A DNA stretch of 64,000 bases from contig OZ245864.1 of assembly GCA_965229215.1 (NCBI GenBank), forward strand, positions 3,931,346 to 3,995,345. The letters run 5' to 3'. The DNA is from Tagaea sp. (lineage in GTDB: Bacteria; Pseudomonadota; Alphaproteobacteria; CACIAM-22H2). Within the stretch, counting starts at the first letter, position 1; each line of letters starts with the position of its first letter. The notes under the pieces were generated by a model. That model did no database searches, had not been told where the DNA came from, and saw nothing but the letters and a program-made list of their open reading frames with translations. The position numbers were made by a program, and so were the translations under genes. Of the stretch, positions 1 through 9,841 are shown in pieces.

Positions 1-1
1 C

Positions 2-478
2 CCCTGGAAGCTCGCCTGCACGGCGCGCGCGGCGGGCGAGGCGGAGCGCTATCCCGTGAAGCTGCCGCGCGCCAAACGCCCGATGCGCCGCGCCGTCGCC
101 TTCGTGCTGACGGACCGCACCGGTGCCGTGTGGCTGCGCCGGCGCGCCGACAAGGGCCTGCTCGGCGGCATGATGGAAGTGCCGTCGAGCGAATGGCGCG
201 CGGCCGATCCGTCCGAGAAGGCCGCGCGCGCCGCGGCACCGGCGGCCCTTGCGTGGCGAACGCTTGCGGGGCGCGTGCGCCACGGCTTCACGCATTTCGA
301 GCTGGAGCTGACGGTGTGGGCCGCACGTGGCGCACGCGCCGACGTGACGGGCGGGCAGTGGGTGGCGCTCGACAGGCTCGACGACGTCGCCCTGCCCACC
401 TTGATGCGCAAGGTGATCGCGCACGCCCTCAAGGCGGCGAAAGACAGCCTGCCAGCGCGCGCGCGAGTCCGCGCATGA
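2..478 (+). CDS. mutY: A/G-specific adenine glycosylase MutY, C-terminal (NUDIX-like) domain; 5' end lies outside the window
   Basis: The frame is open from the window edge. The C-terminal motif pattern (LLGGMMEVPSSEW..FTHFELEL) is typical of the MutY 8-oxoG-recognition domain. GC3 is high. Confidence 0.65.
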   Translation, partial: PWKLACTARAAGEAERYPVKLPRAKRPMRRAVAFVLTDRTGAVWLRRRADKGLLGGMMEVPSSEWRAADPSEKAARAAAPAALAWRTLAGRVRHGFTHFELELTVWAARGARADVTGGQWVALDRLDDVALPTLMRKVIAHALKAAKDSLPARARVRA

Positions 479-1340
479 TCGCCGCATAGGCCGCCGGGCC
501 CGGCGGAATATCGACGCCGACATAGTCGAGCGTGGCGACGCGCGCATCGGTTCCTTCCACGATGGTGCGCACCAGCGACGGCTCGAACTGCGGTTCGGCG
601 AACACGCAGATCGCCGCGCTGCGCCGCACCTTGTCGCGGATGCGCTGGACGCGCTGCGCGCCGGGCCGCCGCTCGGGGCTGACCGTGATCGAGCCCGCGG
701 TCGCGAGGCCGTAGCGCTTCTCGAGATACTGGTAGGCGTCGTGGAACACGATGAAGGGCTTGCCCGCGAGCGGGCGCAGCGTTGCTGCCAGCTCGTCGTC
801 GAGCGCGTCGAGCATCGCCTGCGTCTTCGCGGCGTTGGCCGCATAGTGCAAGGCATTGGCGGGATCAAGCTTCGCGAGTTCCGTCGCCGCGGCGGCGGCG
901 AGGATCTTCAGGTTGCGCGGATCGAGGAAGAGGTGGCCGTCGATGGCACCCGCACCGTGGGCATGGCCGTCGCCGTCGTCTTCCCACACGCCGCCGCTGC
1001 GCGCCTGCAGCTTCCCGATGCCGGGAAGATCGGCGAGTGCGACGATCCGCGCGCGCCCGGCGAGGCCCGCGAGCGGGCGGGCGAGGAACGTCTCGTAGTC
1101 GCGCCCGATCCAGAAGACCAGGTCGGCCTCCTCGAGCAGGCGGGCCTCGGACGGGCGCATCGCATAGGTATGCGGCGAGGCGCCGCCCTTGATGACGGTC
1201 TCGGGCATGCCGATGCCGTCCATCACGCCGGCCACGATCGATTGCAGCGGGGCGAAGCTCGTCACGACGCGCGGCGCGGCCTCGCCCGGTGCGGGCAATG
1301 CGAGGAGGGCGGCAAGGGTGGCGAGCCTCAAAATCCGCAT
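429..1340 (-). CDS. znuA: Zinc ABC transporter substrate-binding protein ZnuA
   Basis: Signal peptide MRILRLATLAALLALPAPGEA. His/Asp/Gly-rich loop (EDDGDGHAHGAGAIDGH). ZnuA/TroA-family conservation. Start chosen at the internal ATG (cat at 1338-1340) that follows the signal-peptide logic. Confidence 0.85.
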   Translation of the reverse strand: MRILRLATLAALLALPAPGEAAPRVVTSFAPLQSIVAGVMDGIGMPETVIKGGASPHTYAMRPSEARLLEEADLVFWIGRDYETFLARPLAGLAGRARIVALADLPGIGKLQARSGGVWEDDGDGHAHGAGAIDGHLFLDPRNLKILAAAAATELAKLDPANALHYAANAAKTQAMLDALDDELAATLRPLAGKPFIVFHDAYQYLEKRYGLATAGSITVSPERRPGAQRVQRIRDKVRRSAAICVFAEPQFEPSLVRTIVEGTDARVATLDYVGVDIPPGPAAYAAIMRGLARALAGCLSPP

Positions 1341-1361
1341 GGTGGTCCGGGCCTCCGATGA

Positions 1362-1390
1362 GCTATAATGTACCGTATAGTATAACATCC
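1362..1390. promoter_or_regulatory. AT-rich candidate Zur operator in the znuA/zur divergent intergenic region
   Basis: Sequence ctATAATGTAccgtatagtaTAACATcc lies in a 68-bp divergent promoter region between zinc-uptake genes. The palindrome is imperfect. Confidence 0.3.
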
Positions 1391-1408
1391 AACCGGAACG
1401 CAAGGCAC

Positions 1409-1888
1409 ATGGCGAAACGGCCGGCGAAGGCCCCGCAGGCGGGGCACAATCACGGGGCCTGTATCTCGGACGCGATGAAAGCGGCCGAACGCCTGTGCGC
1501 GGACAGCGGCGAGAAGCTGACCGACCTGCGCAAGCGCGTGCTGGAACTCGTCTGGGCAAGCCACAAGCCGGTCGGCGCCTACCAGCTGCTCGACAGCCTG
1601 CGCACCGACGGCCGCTCGGCCGCCCCGCCGACCGTCTATCGCGCGCTGGAGTTCCTGCTGGCACAGGGTCTCGTCCATCGCGTCGAATCGCTCAACGCCT
1701 ATATCGGCTGCACGCATCCGGGCGAGCGGCACGCCACGCAGTTCCTGATCTGCAGGCGCTGCGGCACGGCCGTCGAGCTCGACGATCCGCGCATTGCCGC
1801 GGCGATCGACATGAGTGCCGCGCGCATCGGCTTCGAGGTGGGTGCGCGCACGGTCGAGGTCGCGGGCACCTGCGCGGACTGTCGATGA
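1409..1888 (+). CDS. zur: Zinc uptake regulator Zur (Fur family)
   Basis: Fur-family architecture with HxH and CxxC motifs (HNHGAC...CRRCG...CADC). Divergent from znuA. Its stop overlaps the znuC start (ATGA). Confidence 0.85.
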   Translation: MAKRPAKAPQAGHNHGACISDAMKAAERLCADSGEKLTDLRKRVLELVWASHKPVGAYQLLDSLRTDGRSAAPPTVYRALEFLLAQGLVHRVESLNAYIGCTHPGERHATQFLICRRCGTAVELDDPRIAAAIDMSAARIGFEVGARTVEVAGTCADCR

Positions 1889-2688
1889 GCGCGGCCCCGC
1901 TGATTGCTGGGCCCCTGATTTCAGGGCGTGGCATCGTCAAGAAATTCGAGGATCGCACGGTGCTCGACCATGTCGATGTCGCGGTCGCGCCCGGCGAAAT
2001 CGTCACGGTCATCGGGCCCAACGGGGCGGGCAAGACCGTGCTGCTGCGCATCCTGCTCGGTCTCGTGCCGGCGGATGCGGGCGCGGTCGAACGGCGCGAA
2101 GGCCTCGCCGTCGGCTACATGCCGCAGAAATTCGCCGTCGACGAGAACCTGCCGCTGCGCGTGTCGCGCTTCGTCGGGCTCGCCGGCAGGTTCTCGGCGA
2201 AGGAGATCGAAGCGGCGCTCGACGAAGTGGGCGTCGCCGCGCGTATCGATGCGCCCGTGCAGGGCCTGTCGGGCGGCGAGTTCCAGCGCGTGCTGCTGGC
2301 GCGTGCATTGCTGCGCCAGCCGCAGCTCCTCGTGCTCGACGAGCCCGCGCAGGGCGTGGACGTGATCGGGCAGGACGCGCTCTACGACCTGGTTGCCGAC
2401 GTGCGCGAACGCCACCGCTGCGGCGTGCTGCTGGTCAGCCACGACCTGCATCTGGTGATGGCGCGCTCGGATCGCGTGCTGTGCCTCAACGGGCATGTGT
2501 GCTGCTCGGGACGGCCCGAGGCCATCGGCAAGGACCCGGCCTTCGCCGAATTGTTTGGTGCACGCGCCGGCGAATCGCTCGCACTCTACCGCCACCGGCA
2601 CGACCATGTGCACGATGCGGCGGACGCGCATCACCATCATCACGGCCATGATCACGACCACGATCACGCGGGCCATCGCCATGGATGA
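1885..2688 (+). CDS. znuC: Zinc ABC transporter ATP-binding protein ZnuC with a His-rich C-terminal tail
   Basis: Walker A (GPNGAGKT), LSGGE signature and Walker B (LLVLDEP) are present. The C-terminus is HRHDHVHDAADAHHHHHGHDHDHDHAGHRHG. Confidence 0.9.
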   Translation: MSAAPLIAGPLISGRGIVKKFEDRTVLDHVDVAVAPGEIVTVIGPNGAGKTVLLRILLGLVPADAGAVERREGLAVGYMPQKFAVDENLPLRVSRFVGLAGRFSAKEIEAALDEVGVAARIDAPVQGLSGGEFQRVLLARALLRQPQLLVLDEPAQGVDVIGQDALYDLVADVRERHRCGVLLVSHDLHLVMARSDRVLCLNGHVCCSGRPEAIGKDPAFAELFGARAGESLALYRHRHDHVHDAADAHHHHHGHDHDHDHAGHRHG

Positions 2689-3466
2689 GTTCTTCTGGCG
2701 CGCCCTCGCGGCGGGCATCGGGCTTGCCGCGATCGCCGGACCCTTGGGCAGCTTCGTGGTGTGGCGGCGCATGGCGTTCTTCGGCGACGCGCTGGCGCAT
2801 TCGGCACTGCTGGGCGTGGCGCTGGGATTCCTGCTGCGCATCGAGGTGAATCTCGCCATCGCCGCGATGTGCGTGGTCTTCGCGACATTGCTGACCGCGA
2901 TGCTGGCGCGTGCGCGTCTGGCGCCCGACACGCTGCTGTCGATCTGCGCCTTCACGGCCCTGTCGGTCGGGCTCGTGGCGCTGTCGTTCGTGGAAAACGT
3001 GCGTGTCGACCTGATCGGCTATCTCTTCGGCGACATCCTCGCGGTCGGCCGCGCGGATCTCGCGTGGATCTGGGGCGGGGCCGGGGTCGGGCTCGCGGTG
3101 CTGGGGTTGCTCTGGCGTCCGCTGCTGTCGGTGACGGTGCATGCCGATCTGGCGGCCGTCGAAGGCGTCAACGTGGGCGCGATGCGCCTTGCCTTCGTGC
3201 TGCTGCTGGCCGTGCTCGTCGCGGTGGCGATGAAGATCGTCGGCGTGCTGCTGGTCACCGCCCTGCTGGTGATGCCGGCGGCGGCCGCGCGCCGCTTCGC
3301 GCGCAGCCCGGAAAGCATGGCCGCGATCGCGGCGGGGATCGGGGCGGTTGCGAGCGTGGCGGGGCTGCTGGCGTCGGTCGAGTTCGACACGCCGTCCGGC
3401 CCGTCGGTCGTCGTCGCGGCCGCCAGCCTGTTCGCCGCCAGCCTCGTGCTGCCGCAGCGGCGCTAG
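2681..3466 (+). CDS. znuB: Zinc ABC transporter permease ZnuB
   Basis: Polytopic hydrophobic protein of the ABC-3 family. Start overlaps the znuC stop (ATGGATGA). Confidence 0.9.
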   Translation: MDEFFWRALAAGIGLAAIAGPLGSFVVWRRMAFFGDALAHSALLGVALGFLLRIEVNLAIAAMCVVFATLLTAMLARARLAPDTLLSICAFTALSVGLVALSFVENVRVDLIGYLFGDILAVGRADLAWIWGGAGVGLAVLGLLWRPLLSVTVHADLAAVEGVNVGAMRLAFVLLLAVLVAVAMKIVGVLLVTALLVMPAAAARRFARSPESMAAIAAGIGAVASVAGLLASVEFDTPSGPSVVVAAASLFAASLVLPQRR

Positions 3467-4503
3467 GCTTCGCGCCCCAACGCGTGTGCGGCGATCACGG
3501 CCGCGCTCAGCAGGATCACGGCACCGGCCTGATGGGCGGCGGCCAGCGGGACCGGCACCCACAGCATCAGCGTCGCGATGCCGAGGCACGCTTGTGCAAG
3601 TGCCGCGGCCGGCACGGCCAGTACGGCGACGCGATCCGCGTGCGTGCGTGCTGCGGCCGCGTTCTTCCACGCGAACAGGCAGGCGAGCGCGGCGGCGGTA
3701 ATGCCGAGCCAGCGATGGTTGAACTGCACGCTCGCGTGGTTCTCGAACAGGTTCCGCCAGAAGGGCTCGATGTCGGAATAGCCCGCCGGCACCAGCCGCC
3801 CGTCCATCAGCGGGAACGTGTCGGAGACGAGGCCGGCATCGAGGCCCGCGACGAACGCGCCCGCCAGGATCGTCACGAACACGAAACCCGCCAGCGCTAG
3901 GCCGCGCGTGCGTGCAGGCGTGGACGTGCGGGCCCCGCGCAGCATGTCGAGCGCCATCCACAGCAGGCCCGCATGCAGGGCGAGCGCGAGTGCGAGATGG
4001 AGTGCAAGCCGGTACTGGCTGACGGCGAGCATGTCGCGCTCGAGCCCGCTTGCGACCATCCACCAGCCGATGGCGCCCTGCAGCCCGCCGAGGCAGAAGA
4101 GGGCCGCGAGCTTCGCGGCCTGCACGCCCCGCACATGCCCGCGCGCCCAGAACCAGACGAAGGGAAAGAAGAAGACGAGGCCGATCAGGCGGCCCCAGAA
4201 GCGGTGGAACCACTCCCAGAAGAAGATGCGCTTGAACTCGGCGAGGCTCATGCCCGCGTTCTTCAGCTGGTACTGGTCGATCTGCCGGTACTTGTCGAAC
4301 TCGGCCTGCCAGTCGGATTCCGACAGCGGCGGCAACGCCCCGGCCACCGGACGCCACTCGACGATCGACAGGCCGGATTCGGTGAGGCGCGTGATACCGC
4401 CGATCACCACCATCGCGAAGATCATCGTGCAGCACACGAGCAGCCACAGCCCGACGGGCCGGGCGCTGCGGGCGGTCGCTGGGGCGAGGGCGATATTGCG
4501 CAT
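3463..4503 (-). CDS. ctaA: Haem A synthase CtaA (COX15 family)
   Basis: Eight-TM architecture with conserved His pairs, 346 aa. Internal ATG start chosen (cat at 4501-4503). Confidence 0.8.
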   Translation of the reverse strand: MRNIALAPATARSARPVGLWLLVCCTMIFAMVVIGGITRLTESGLSIVEWRPVAGALPPLSESDWQAEFDKYRQIDQYQLKNAGMSLAEFKRIFFWEWFHRFWGRLIGLVFFFPFVWFWARGHVRGVQAAKLAALFCLGGLQGAIGWWMVASGLERDMLAVSQYRLALHLALALALHAGLLWMALDMLRGARTSTPARTRGLALAGFVFVTILAGAFVAGLDAGLVSDTFPLMDGRLVPAGYSDIEPFWRNLFENHASVQFNHRWLGITAAALACLFAWKNAAAARTHADRVAVLAVPAAALAQACLGIATLMLWVPVPLAAAHQAGAVILLSAAVIAAHALGREA

Positions 4504-4632
4504 CGTACGAAGGAGATAGACCGAAACGGCCGGCCGGGCCAGCGCGCCGCGGGCGCGTAACTGCGCACCGTCTTGACAAGCCCCCGCCACCTGATGACAC
4601 ATATGTACACGAACGACCTGCCGGGAGCACCG

Positions 4633-5109
4633 ATGCAGCCTGCCGCCAAGCTCGAACCCTCGAACGCGACCAAGCCTGCGACCGAGTGCGAATACGTTCT
4701 GGAAACGCAGATCGGCCATCTGCTGCGCCGCGCCCACCAGCGCCACGTCGCGCAGTTCGAAAAGGAAGTCGGCGACCTCGACCTCACGCCCACGCAATTT
4801 GCTGCTCTGGCGAAAATAAGCGAGCGCGGCGAGGTGTCGCAGAACCTTCTCGGCCGCATGACGGCGATGGATCCCGCGACCATCCAGGGCGTCATCCAGC
4901 GCCTGATGGCGCGCGGCCTGATCGACCGGCGCCCCGATCCCAACGACCGGCGCGCCACGCTGCTGCGCCTCAGCACGCAAGGTCGCACGCTGACGCGCGA
5001 GGCGATCCGCCGCGCGCACCGCGTATCGAGCGCCGTGCTCGAACCGATGTCGCCCGAAGAGCGCGCGACGATGACCGGCCTGCTGCGAAAGCTTACGGAA
5101 CTTACATGA
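4633..5109 (+). CDS. MarR-family transcriptional regulator
   Basis: wHTH MarR pattern (LTPTQFAALAKI...GLIDRRPDPNDRRATLLRLS). GGGAG RBS before the ATG at 4633. An upstream in-frame start at 4573 is possible. Confidence 0.75.
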   Translation: MQPAAKLEPSNATKPATECEYVLETQIGHLLRRAHQRHVAQFEKEVGDLDLTPTQFAALAKISERGEVSQNLLGRMTAMDPATIQGVIQRLMARGLIDRRPDPNDRRATLLRLSTQGRTLTREAIRRAHRVSSAVLEPMSPEERATMTGLLRKLTELT

Positions 5110-8100
5110 ACCTCGCCTTCGGACTTGCCTTCGCCGATCTCTACGATCGTGCGCAGCTCGCGCGCATCGACGGTCTTTTCGCGGACGCGCTGAAGGCGGC
5201 CGATCCGGCCCTGCACGACCGGCTGATGGCCGCGCGCGCGAACCCCGACGCGCTCGCCGCCAAGGACGAGGGCAATCTGCTCGTCGATGCCGGCCCGCAT
5301 GTCGAGAATTTCGTGGCGAAACTGTTCGGCATCGAGGCCGAGGCCGAGGCGCTGGCCAGGCGCACCCATGCGCTCGCCCCGCTCTATGCGGTCAAGCGCC
5401 TGTTCGTGCAGCGGCGCGCGGCGAAGGCCGCGAAGGCCGAAGCGCTCGTCGCATTCGACCCCTCGACGATGGACAGGCTGCTGGGTGCCGGCTGGAGCGA
5501 GCTCAAATTCGCCGAGGCCGTGACGGCTTGGGAGAAGGACGAGGCCGCCAACAAGGACGCGCTTGCGGCGGCGCTGGATTACGCGGGCTGGGCGCTCGTC
5601 ACCGAAGCCGGGCGCAAGCGCCACGGCAAGGGCATCCTGTTCCGCGTGCCGGGCAAGCCCGATCCGCAGAACTACATCGCGCTGGAGACGATCGACATCG
5701 ACGGCGTGCGCATGCAGCGCCTGCCCGAGCACGAATGGCGCCACCGCGACGGCTTCGCGCTGACCGACGAGGGCATGGGGCTCGACCGTGCGCTCGACCA
5801 GGCGAACTACTGCATCTGGTGCCACGCGCAGGGCAAGGACTCCTGCTCGAAGGGCCTCAAGGACAAGAAGACGGGCGCGTTCCAGAAGACGGTGTTCGGC
5901 GTCAATCTCGCCGGCTGTCCGCTGGAAGAGAAGATCTCGGAGATGCATGCGCTGAAGTCCAACGGCTTCGCGCTGGGCGCCTTCGCGACGATCCTCGTCG
6001 ACAACCCGATGGTCGCCGCGACCGGCCACCGCATCTGCAACGACTGCATGAAGGCCTGCATCTACCAGAAACAGGACCCGGTCGACATCCCGCAGGCCGA
6101 GACGCGCATCCTCAAGGACGTGCTCGCGCTGCCGTGGGGCTTCGAGATCTATTCGCTGCTGACGCGCTGGAACCCGCTCAACGTCCGCCGCCCGCTGCCG
6201 CGCCCCGACACGGGCCGCAAGGTGCTGGTCGTCGGCCTCGGGCCCGCGGGCTACACGCTCGCGCACCATCTGATGAACGACGGTCATGTGGTGGTCGGCA
6301 TCGACGGGCTGAAGATCGAGCCGCTGCCGCCGTCGGTGTCGGGCATCGCCGCGAACGGCGCGCGCGTGGCGTTCGAGCCGGTGCGCGACAGCACCGCCCT
6401 GTTCGAGAATCTGGACGAGCGCGTGCTCGCGGGTTTCGGCGGCGTGGCCGAGTACGGCATCACGGTGCGTTGGGACAAGAACTTCCTGAAGGTCATCCGC
6501 CTGCTGCTGGAGCGGCGCGAGACCTTCGCGATGTACGGCGGCATCCGATTCGGCGGCACGCTGACGATCGAGGAAGCCTACGCGATGGGCTTCGACCACG
6601 TCGCGCTGTGCATGGGCGCGGGGCGGCCCACCATCGTCGACATGCCCGGCGGTCTCGCGCGCGGCGTGCGGCAGGCGTCGGACTTCCTGATGGCGCTGCA
6701 ACTCACGGGGGCGGCCAAGAAGGACTCGCTCGCCAACCTGCAGATCCGCCTGCCGGTCGTCGTCATCGGCGGCGGCCTCACGGCGATCGACACGGCGACG
6801 GAATCGCTCGCCTACTACGTGCGGCAGGTCGAGAAGTTCCTGCTGCGCTATGAAACCCTCGTCGCCGAGCGCGGCGAAGCGGTCGTGCGCGCGCGCTGGA
6901 CGGCGGAAGATTCCGAGATCGCGGCCGAGTACATCGCGCATGCGCGTGCACTCCGCGCCGAGCGCGAGAAGGCGCGGACCGAGGCCCGCGAACCCGCTTT
7001 CGCGCCTCTGCTCGACAGCTGGGGCGGGGCGACGGTCGCCTACCGCCGCCGCCTGATCGACGCGCCCTCCTACACGCTCAATCACGAGGAAGTCGCCAAG
7101 GCGCTGGAAGAAGGCGTGCGCTTCGCCGAGAGTCTGACGCCAATCGCCGTCGAGACCGACGCCTACGGCGCCGCCAAGGCGCTGAAGGTCAAAACGGCCG
7201 AGGGCGAAGAACGCACGCTGCCTGCGCGCGCGATTCTCGTCGCGGCCGGCACGCAGCCCAACACGGTGCTCGCGCGCGAGGAGCCGGGCCGCGTGAAGCT
7301 GCACGGCAAGTATTTCGCGGCGATCGACGAGGATGGCAATCCGGTCGAGCCGGAAAAGCAGACCTCGAAGCCCGCGATCCCGCACGTGCTGATGGGGATC
7401 GGCGCGGAAGCCGGGCGCGCGAGCTTCTTCGGCGACCTGCACCCGTCGTATTTCGGCAATGTCGTGAAGGCGATGGGGTCGGCCAAGCAGGGCTATCCGG
7501 TCATCACGCGGGCGCTGGCGAAGCTGCCGCGTTCGGCGGTGACGTGGCGCGATCTTCGCGCCACGCTCGATGCCGATCTGCGCGCGAGCGTGCACGCGGT
7601 CAACCGCCTGACGCCCAACATCATCGAGATCGTGGTGAAGGCGCCGCGCGCGGCGCGCAGCTTCCAGCCCGGCCAATTCTACCGGCTGCAGAATTACGAG
7701 GCGTATGCGCGACGCGTCGACGGCACGGTGCTGGCGATGGAAGGCCTCGCGATGACCGGGGCGTGGACCGACAAGGACAAGGGCCTGATCGCGGCGATCG
7801 CGCTCGAGATGGGCGGCTCGTCCGATTTGTGCGCGGGCCTCAAACCCGGCGAGCCTGTCGTCATGATGGGCCCGACGGGCACGCCGACCGAAACGCCGTC
7901 GGGCGAGACGGTGGCGCTCGTCGGCGGCGGGCTCGGCAACGCGGTGCTGTTCTCGATCGGCGCGGCGCTGCGCAAGGCGGGCTCGAAGGTCGTCTATTTC
8001 GCCGGCTACAAGAAAATCCAGGACCGCTACAAGGTCGAGCAGATCGAGGCGGCGGCCGACGTGGTCGTGTGGTGTTGCGACGAGGCGCCGGGCTTCGTGC

Positions 8101-8558
8101 CCGGCCGCGCGCAGGACAAGACGTTCACGGGCAACATCGTTGCGGCGATGAACGCCTATGCGACGGGTGCCCTGGGCGACCAGCCCGTGCGCCTGCAGGA
8201 TGCCGACAGGATGATCGCCATCGGCTCGGACCGCATGATGGATGCGGTGGGCCGCGCGCGCCACGGGCTGCTGAAGCCGTGCGTGAAGCCCGGCCACCAC
8301 GCCATCGGCTCGATCAACTCGCCCATGCAGTGCATGATGAAGGAAATCTGCGCCCAGTGCCTGCAGCCGCACCGCGATCCGGTCACGGGCAAGCAGACGG
8401 TGGTCTTCTCGTGCTTCAACCAGGATCAGGATCTCGACCATGTCGATTTCGCGGGCCTGTCCGCGCGCCTGGGCCAGAACGCGCTGCAGGAGAAACTCGC
8501 CGCCCAGTGGATCGACCGCGCGCTGAAGCGCCTCGATCTGCGGCAGGCGGCGGAATAA
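5106..8558 (+). CDS. Large (1150 aa) fused FAD/NAD(P)-dependent oxidoreductase with three parts: an N-terminal Cys-rich Fe-S region, a GltD-like pyridine nucleotide-disulfide domain and a C-terminal PyrK/FNR-like electron-transfer domain
   Basis: Cys clusters (CIWCH..C..C, C..C..C). Rossmann GXGXXG (VVGLGPAGY). FNR-like segment (GPTGTP...VGGGLGNAVL). ATGA overlap with the MarR stop. Confidence 0.7.
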   Translation: MNLAFGLAFADLYDRAQLARIDGLFADALKAADPALHDRLMAARANPDALAAKDEGNLLVDAGPHVENFVAKLFGIEAEAEALARRTHALAPLYAVKRLFVQRRAAKAAKAEALVAFDPSTMDRLLGAGWSELKFAEAVTAWEKDEAANKDALAAALDYAGWALVTEAGRKRHGKGILFRVPGKPDPQNYIALETIDIDGVRMQRLPEHEWRHRDGFALTDEGMGLDRALDQANYCIWCHAQGKDSCSKGLKDKKTGAFQKTVFGVNLAGCPLEEKISEMHALKSNGFALGAFATILVDNPMVAATGHRICNDCMKACIYQKQDPVDIPQAETRILKDVLALPWGFEIYSLLTRWNPLNVRRPLPRPDTGRKVLVVGLGPAGYTLAHHLMNDGHVVVGIDGLKIEPLPPSVSGIAANGARVAFEPVRDSTALFENLDERVLAGFGGVAEYGITVRWDKNFLKVIRLLLERRETFAMYGGIRFGGTLTIEEAYAMGFDHVALCMGAGRPTIVDMPGGLARGVRQASDFLMALQLTGAAKKDSLANLQIRLPVVVIGGGLTAIDTATESLAYYVRQVEKFLLRYETLVAERGEAVVRARWTAEDSEIAAEYIAHARALRAEREKARTEAREPAFAPLLDSWGGATVAYRRRLIDAPSYTLNHEEVAKALEEGVRFAESLTPIAVETDAYGAAKALKVKTAEGEERTLPARAILVAAGTQPNTVLAREEPGRVKLHGKYFAAIDEDGNPVEPEKQTSKPAIPHVLMGIGAEAGRASFFGDLHPSYFGNVVKAMGSAKQGYPVITRALAKLPRSAVTWRDLRATLDADLRASVHAVNRLTPNIIEIVVKAPRAARSFQPGQFYRLQNYEAYARRVDGTVLAMEGLAMTGAWTDKDKGLIAAIALEMGGSSDLCAGLKPGEPVVMMGPTGTPTETPSGETVALVGGGLGNAVLFSIGAALRKAGSKVVYFAGYKKIQDRYKVEQIEAAADVVVWCCDEAPGFVPGRAQDKTFTGNIVAAMNAYATGALGDQPVRLQDADRMIAIGSDRMMDAVGRARHGLLKPCVKPGHHAIGSINSPMQCMMKEICAQCLQPHRDPVTGKQTVVFSCFNQDQDLDHVDFAGLSARLGQNALQEKLAAQWIDRALKRLDLRQAAE

Positions 8559-8612
8559 GGGACATCTGCTAGACTCGAAGTCGCTGCATCTGGGTCACGA
8601 CAGGAGGCTTGT

Positions 8613-9815
8613 ATGGAACGCAGGACGTTGCTGAATCTGGCCGTTGCCGCCGCGGTGGCCGGCTGGACGCCGATGGCCGCGGCGCAGGAGCCGATCCGCA
8701 TCGGCGAGCTCAATTCCTACAAGGTCTTCGCCGCCTTCCTCGAGCCCTACAAGAAGGGCATGGAGCTGGCGGTCGACGAGATCAACGCGTCGGGCGGCGT
8801 GCTCCGCCGCAAGCTCGAGATCGTCAGCCGCGACGACAACGGCCAGCCGGGCGACGCCGTGCGCGTGGCCGAAGAGCTGCTGACGCGCGACAAGGTCGCC
8901 TTCCTGATCGGCACGTTCCCGTCGAACATCGGGCTTGCGGTGGCGAGCTTCGCCAAGGAGCGCAAGATCCTGTTCATCGCGTCGGAGCCGCTGACCGACA
9001 AGATCGTCTGGGACCAGGGCAACCGCTATACGTTCCGCCTGCGCACCTCGACCTACATGCAGACCGCGATGCTCGTACCCGAGGCCGCGAAGCTCGCGAA
9101 AAAGCGCTGGGCCATCGTCTATCCCAATTACGAATACGGGCAGGCCGCGACGGCCGCCTTCAAGCAGCTGATCAAGGAACGCCAGCCCGACGTCGAGTTC
9201 GTCGTCGAGCAGGCCACGCCGCTGGGCCGCATCGAGGCGGGCGCCGTCGCCGACGCGATCGCGGCGGCGAAGCCCGATGCGATCTTCTCCTCGCTGTTCG
9301 GGCCCGACTTCGCCAAGTTCGTGCGCGAAGGCACGACGCGCGGCACGTTCAAGGGCGTACCGGTGTTCAACATCCTCGGCGGCGAGCCCGAATATCTCGA
9401 TCCGCTGCTCGATGAGGCGCCGGTGGGCTGGTACGTCACCGGCTATCCCTGGCAGGACATCAAGACGCCCGAGCACCAGAAGTTCCTCGCGGCCTACCAG
9501 GCGAAGTTCAAGGACTATCCGCGCCTCGGCTCGATCGTCGGCTACACGGCCGTGATGAGCGCGGCCGCCGCGATCCGCAAGGCGGAATCGCTGAACACCG
9601 AGAAGCTGGTCGAGGCGATGAAGGGCCTCACGCATTCCTCGCCGTTCGGCGACATCACCTATCGCCGGCAGGATCACCAGTCGACGATGGGGGCCTATGT
9701 CGGCAAGGTCGGGCTTCGCGACGGCAAGGGCGTGATGGTCGACTGGACCTACGCCGACGGCGCCAGGTTCCTGCCCTCCGACGCGGACGTCGCGAAGATG
9801 CGGCCCGCGGAATAG
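8613..9815 (+). CDS. Branched-chain amino-acid (Liv-type) ABC transporter substrate-binding protein
   Basis: Signal peptide followed by a type-I periplasmic binding fold of the LivK/LivJ family. GGAGG RBS. Confidence 0.8.
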   Translation: MERRTLLNLAVAAAVAGWTPMAAAQEPIRIGELNSYKVFAAFLEPYKKGMELAVDEINASGGVLRRKLEIVSRDDNGQPGDAVRVAEELLTRDKVAFLIGTFPSNIGLAVASFAKERKILFIASEPLTDKIVWDQGNRYTFRLRTSTYMQTAMLVPEAAKLAKKRWAIVYPNYEYGQAATAAFKQLIKERQPDVEFVVEQATPLGRIEAGAVADAIAAAKPDAIFSSLFGPDFAKFVREGTTRGTFKGVPVFNILGGEPEYLDPLLDEAPVGWYVTGYPWQDIKTPEHQKFLAAYQAKFKDYPRLGSIVGYTAVMSAAAAIRKAESLNTEKLVEAMKGLTHSSPFGDITYRRQDHQSTMGAYVGKVGLRDGKGVMVDWTYADGARFLPSDADVAKMRPAE

Positions 9816-9841
9816 CAGCGCCGCGCTCCGGCCCGGCGCCG

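Noticed and set aside
2486-4630. 714-aa ORF on the minus strand spanning znuC, znuB and ctaA
   Set aside because: Antisense, alternate-frame ORF typical of 70% GC DNA. It is Arg/Pro/Gly-rich and low-complexity, with poor GC3. It overlaps well-supported znuB and znuC on the opposite strand.
4422-8441. 1339-aa minus-strand ORF antisense to the large oxidoreductase
   Set aside because: Low-complexity Arg/Ala/Asp-rich translation. The opposite strand has strong domain-level homology and better codon usage.
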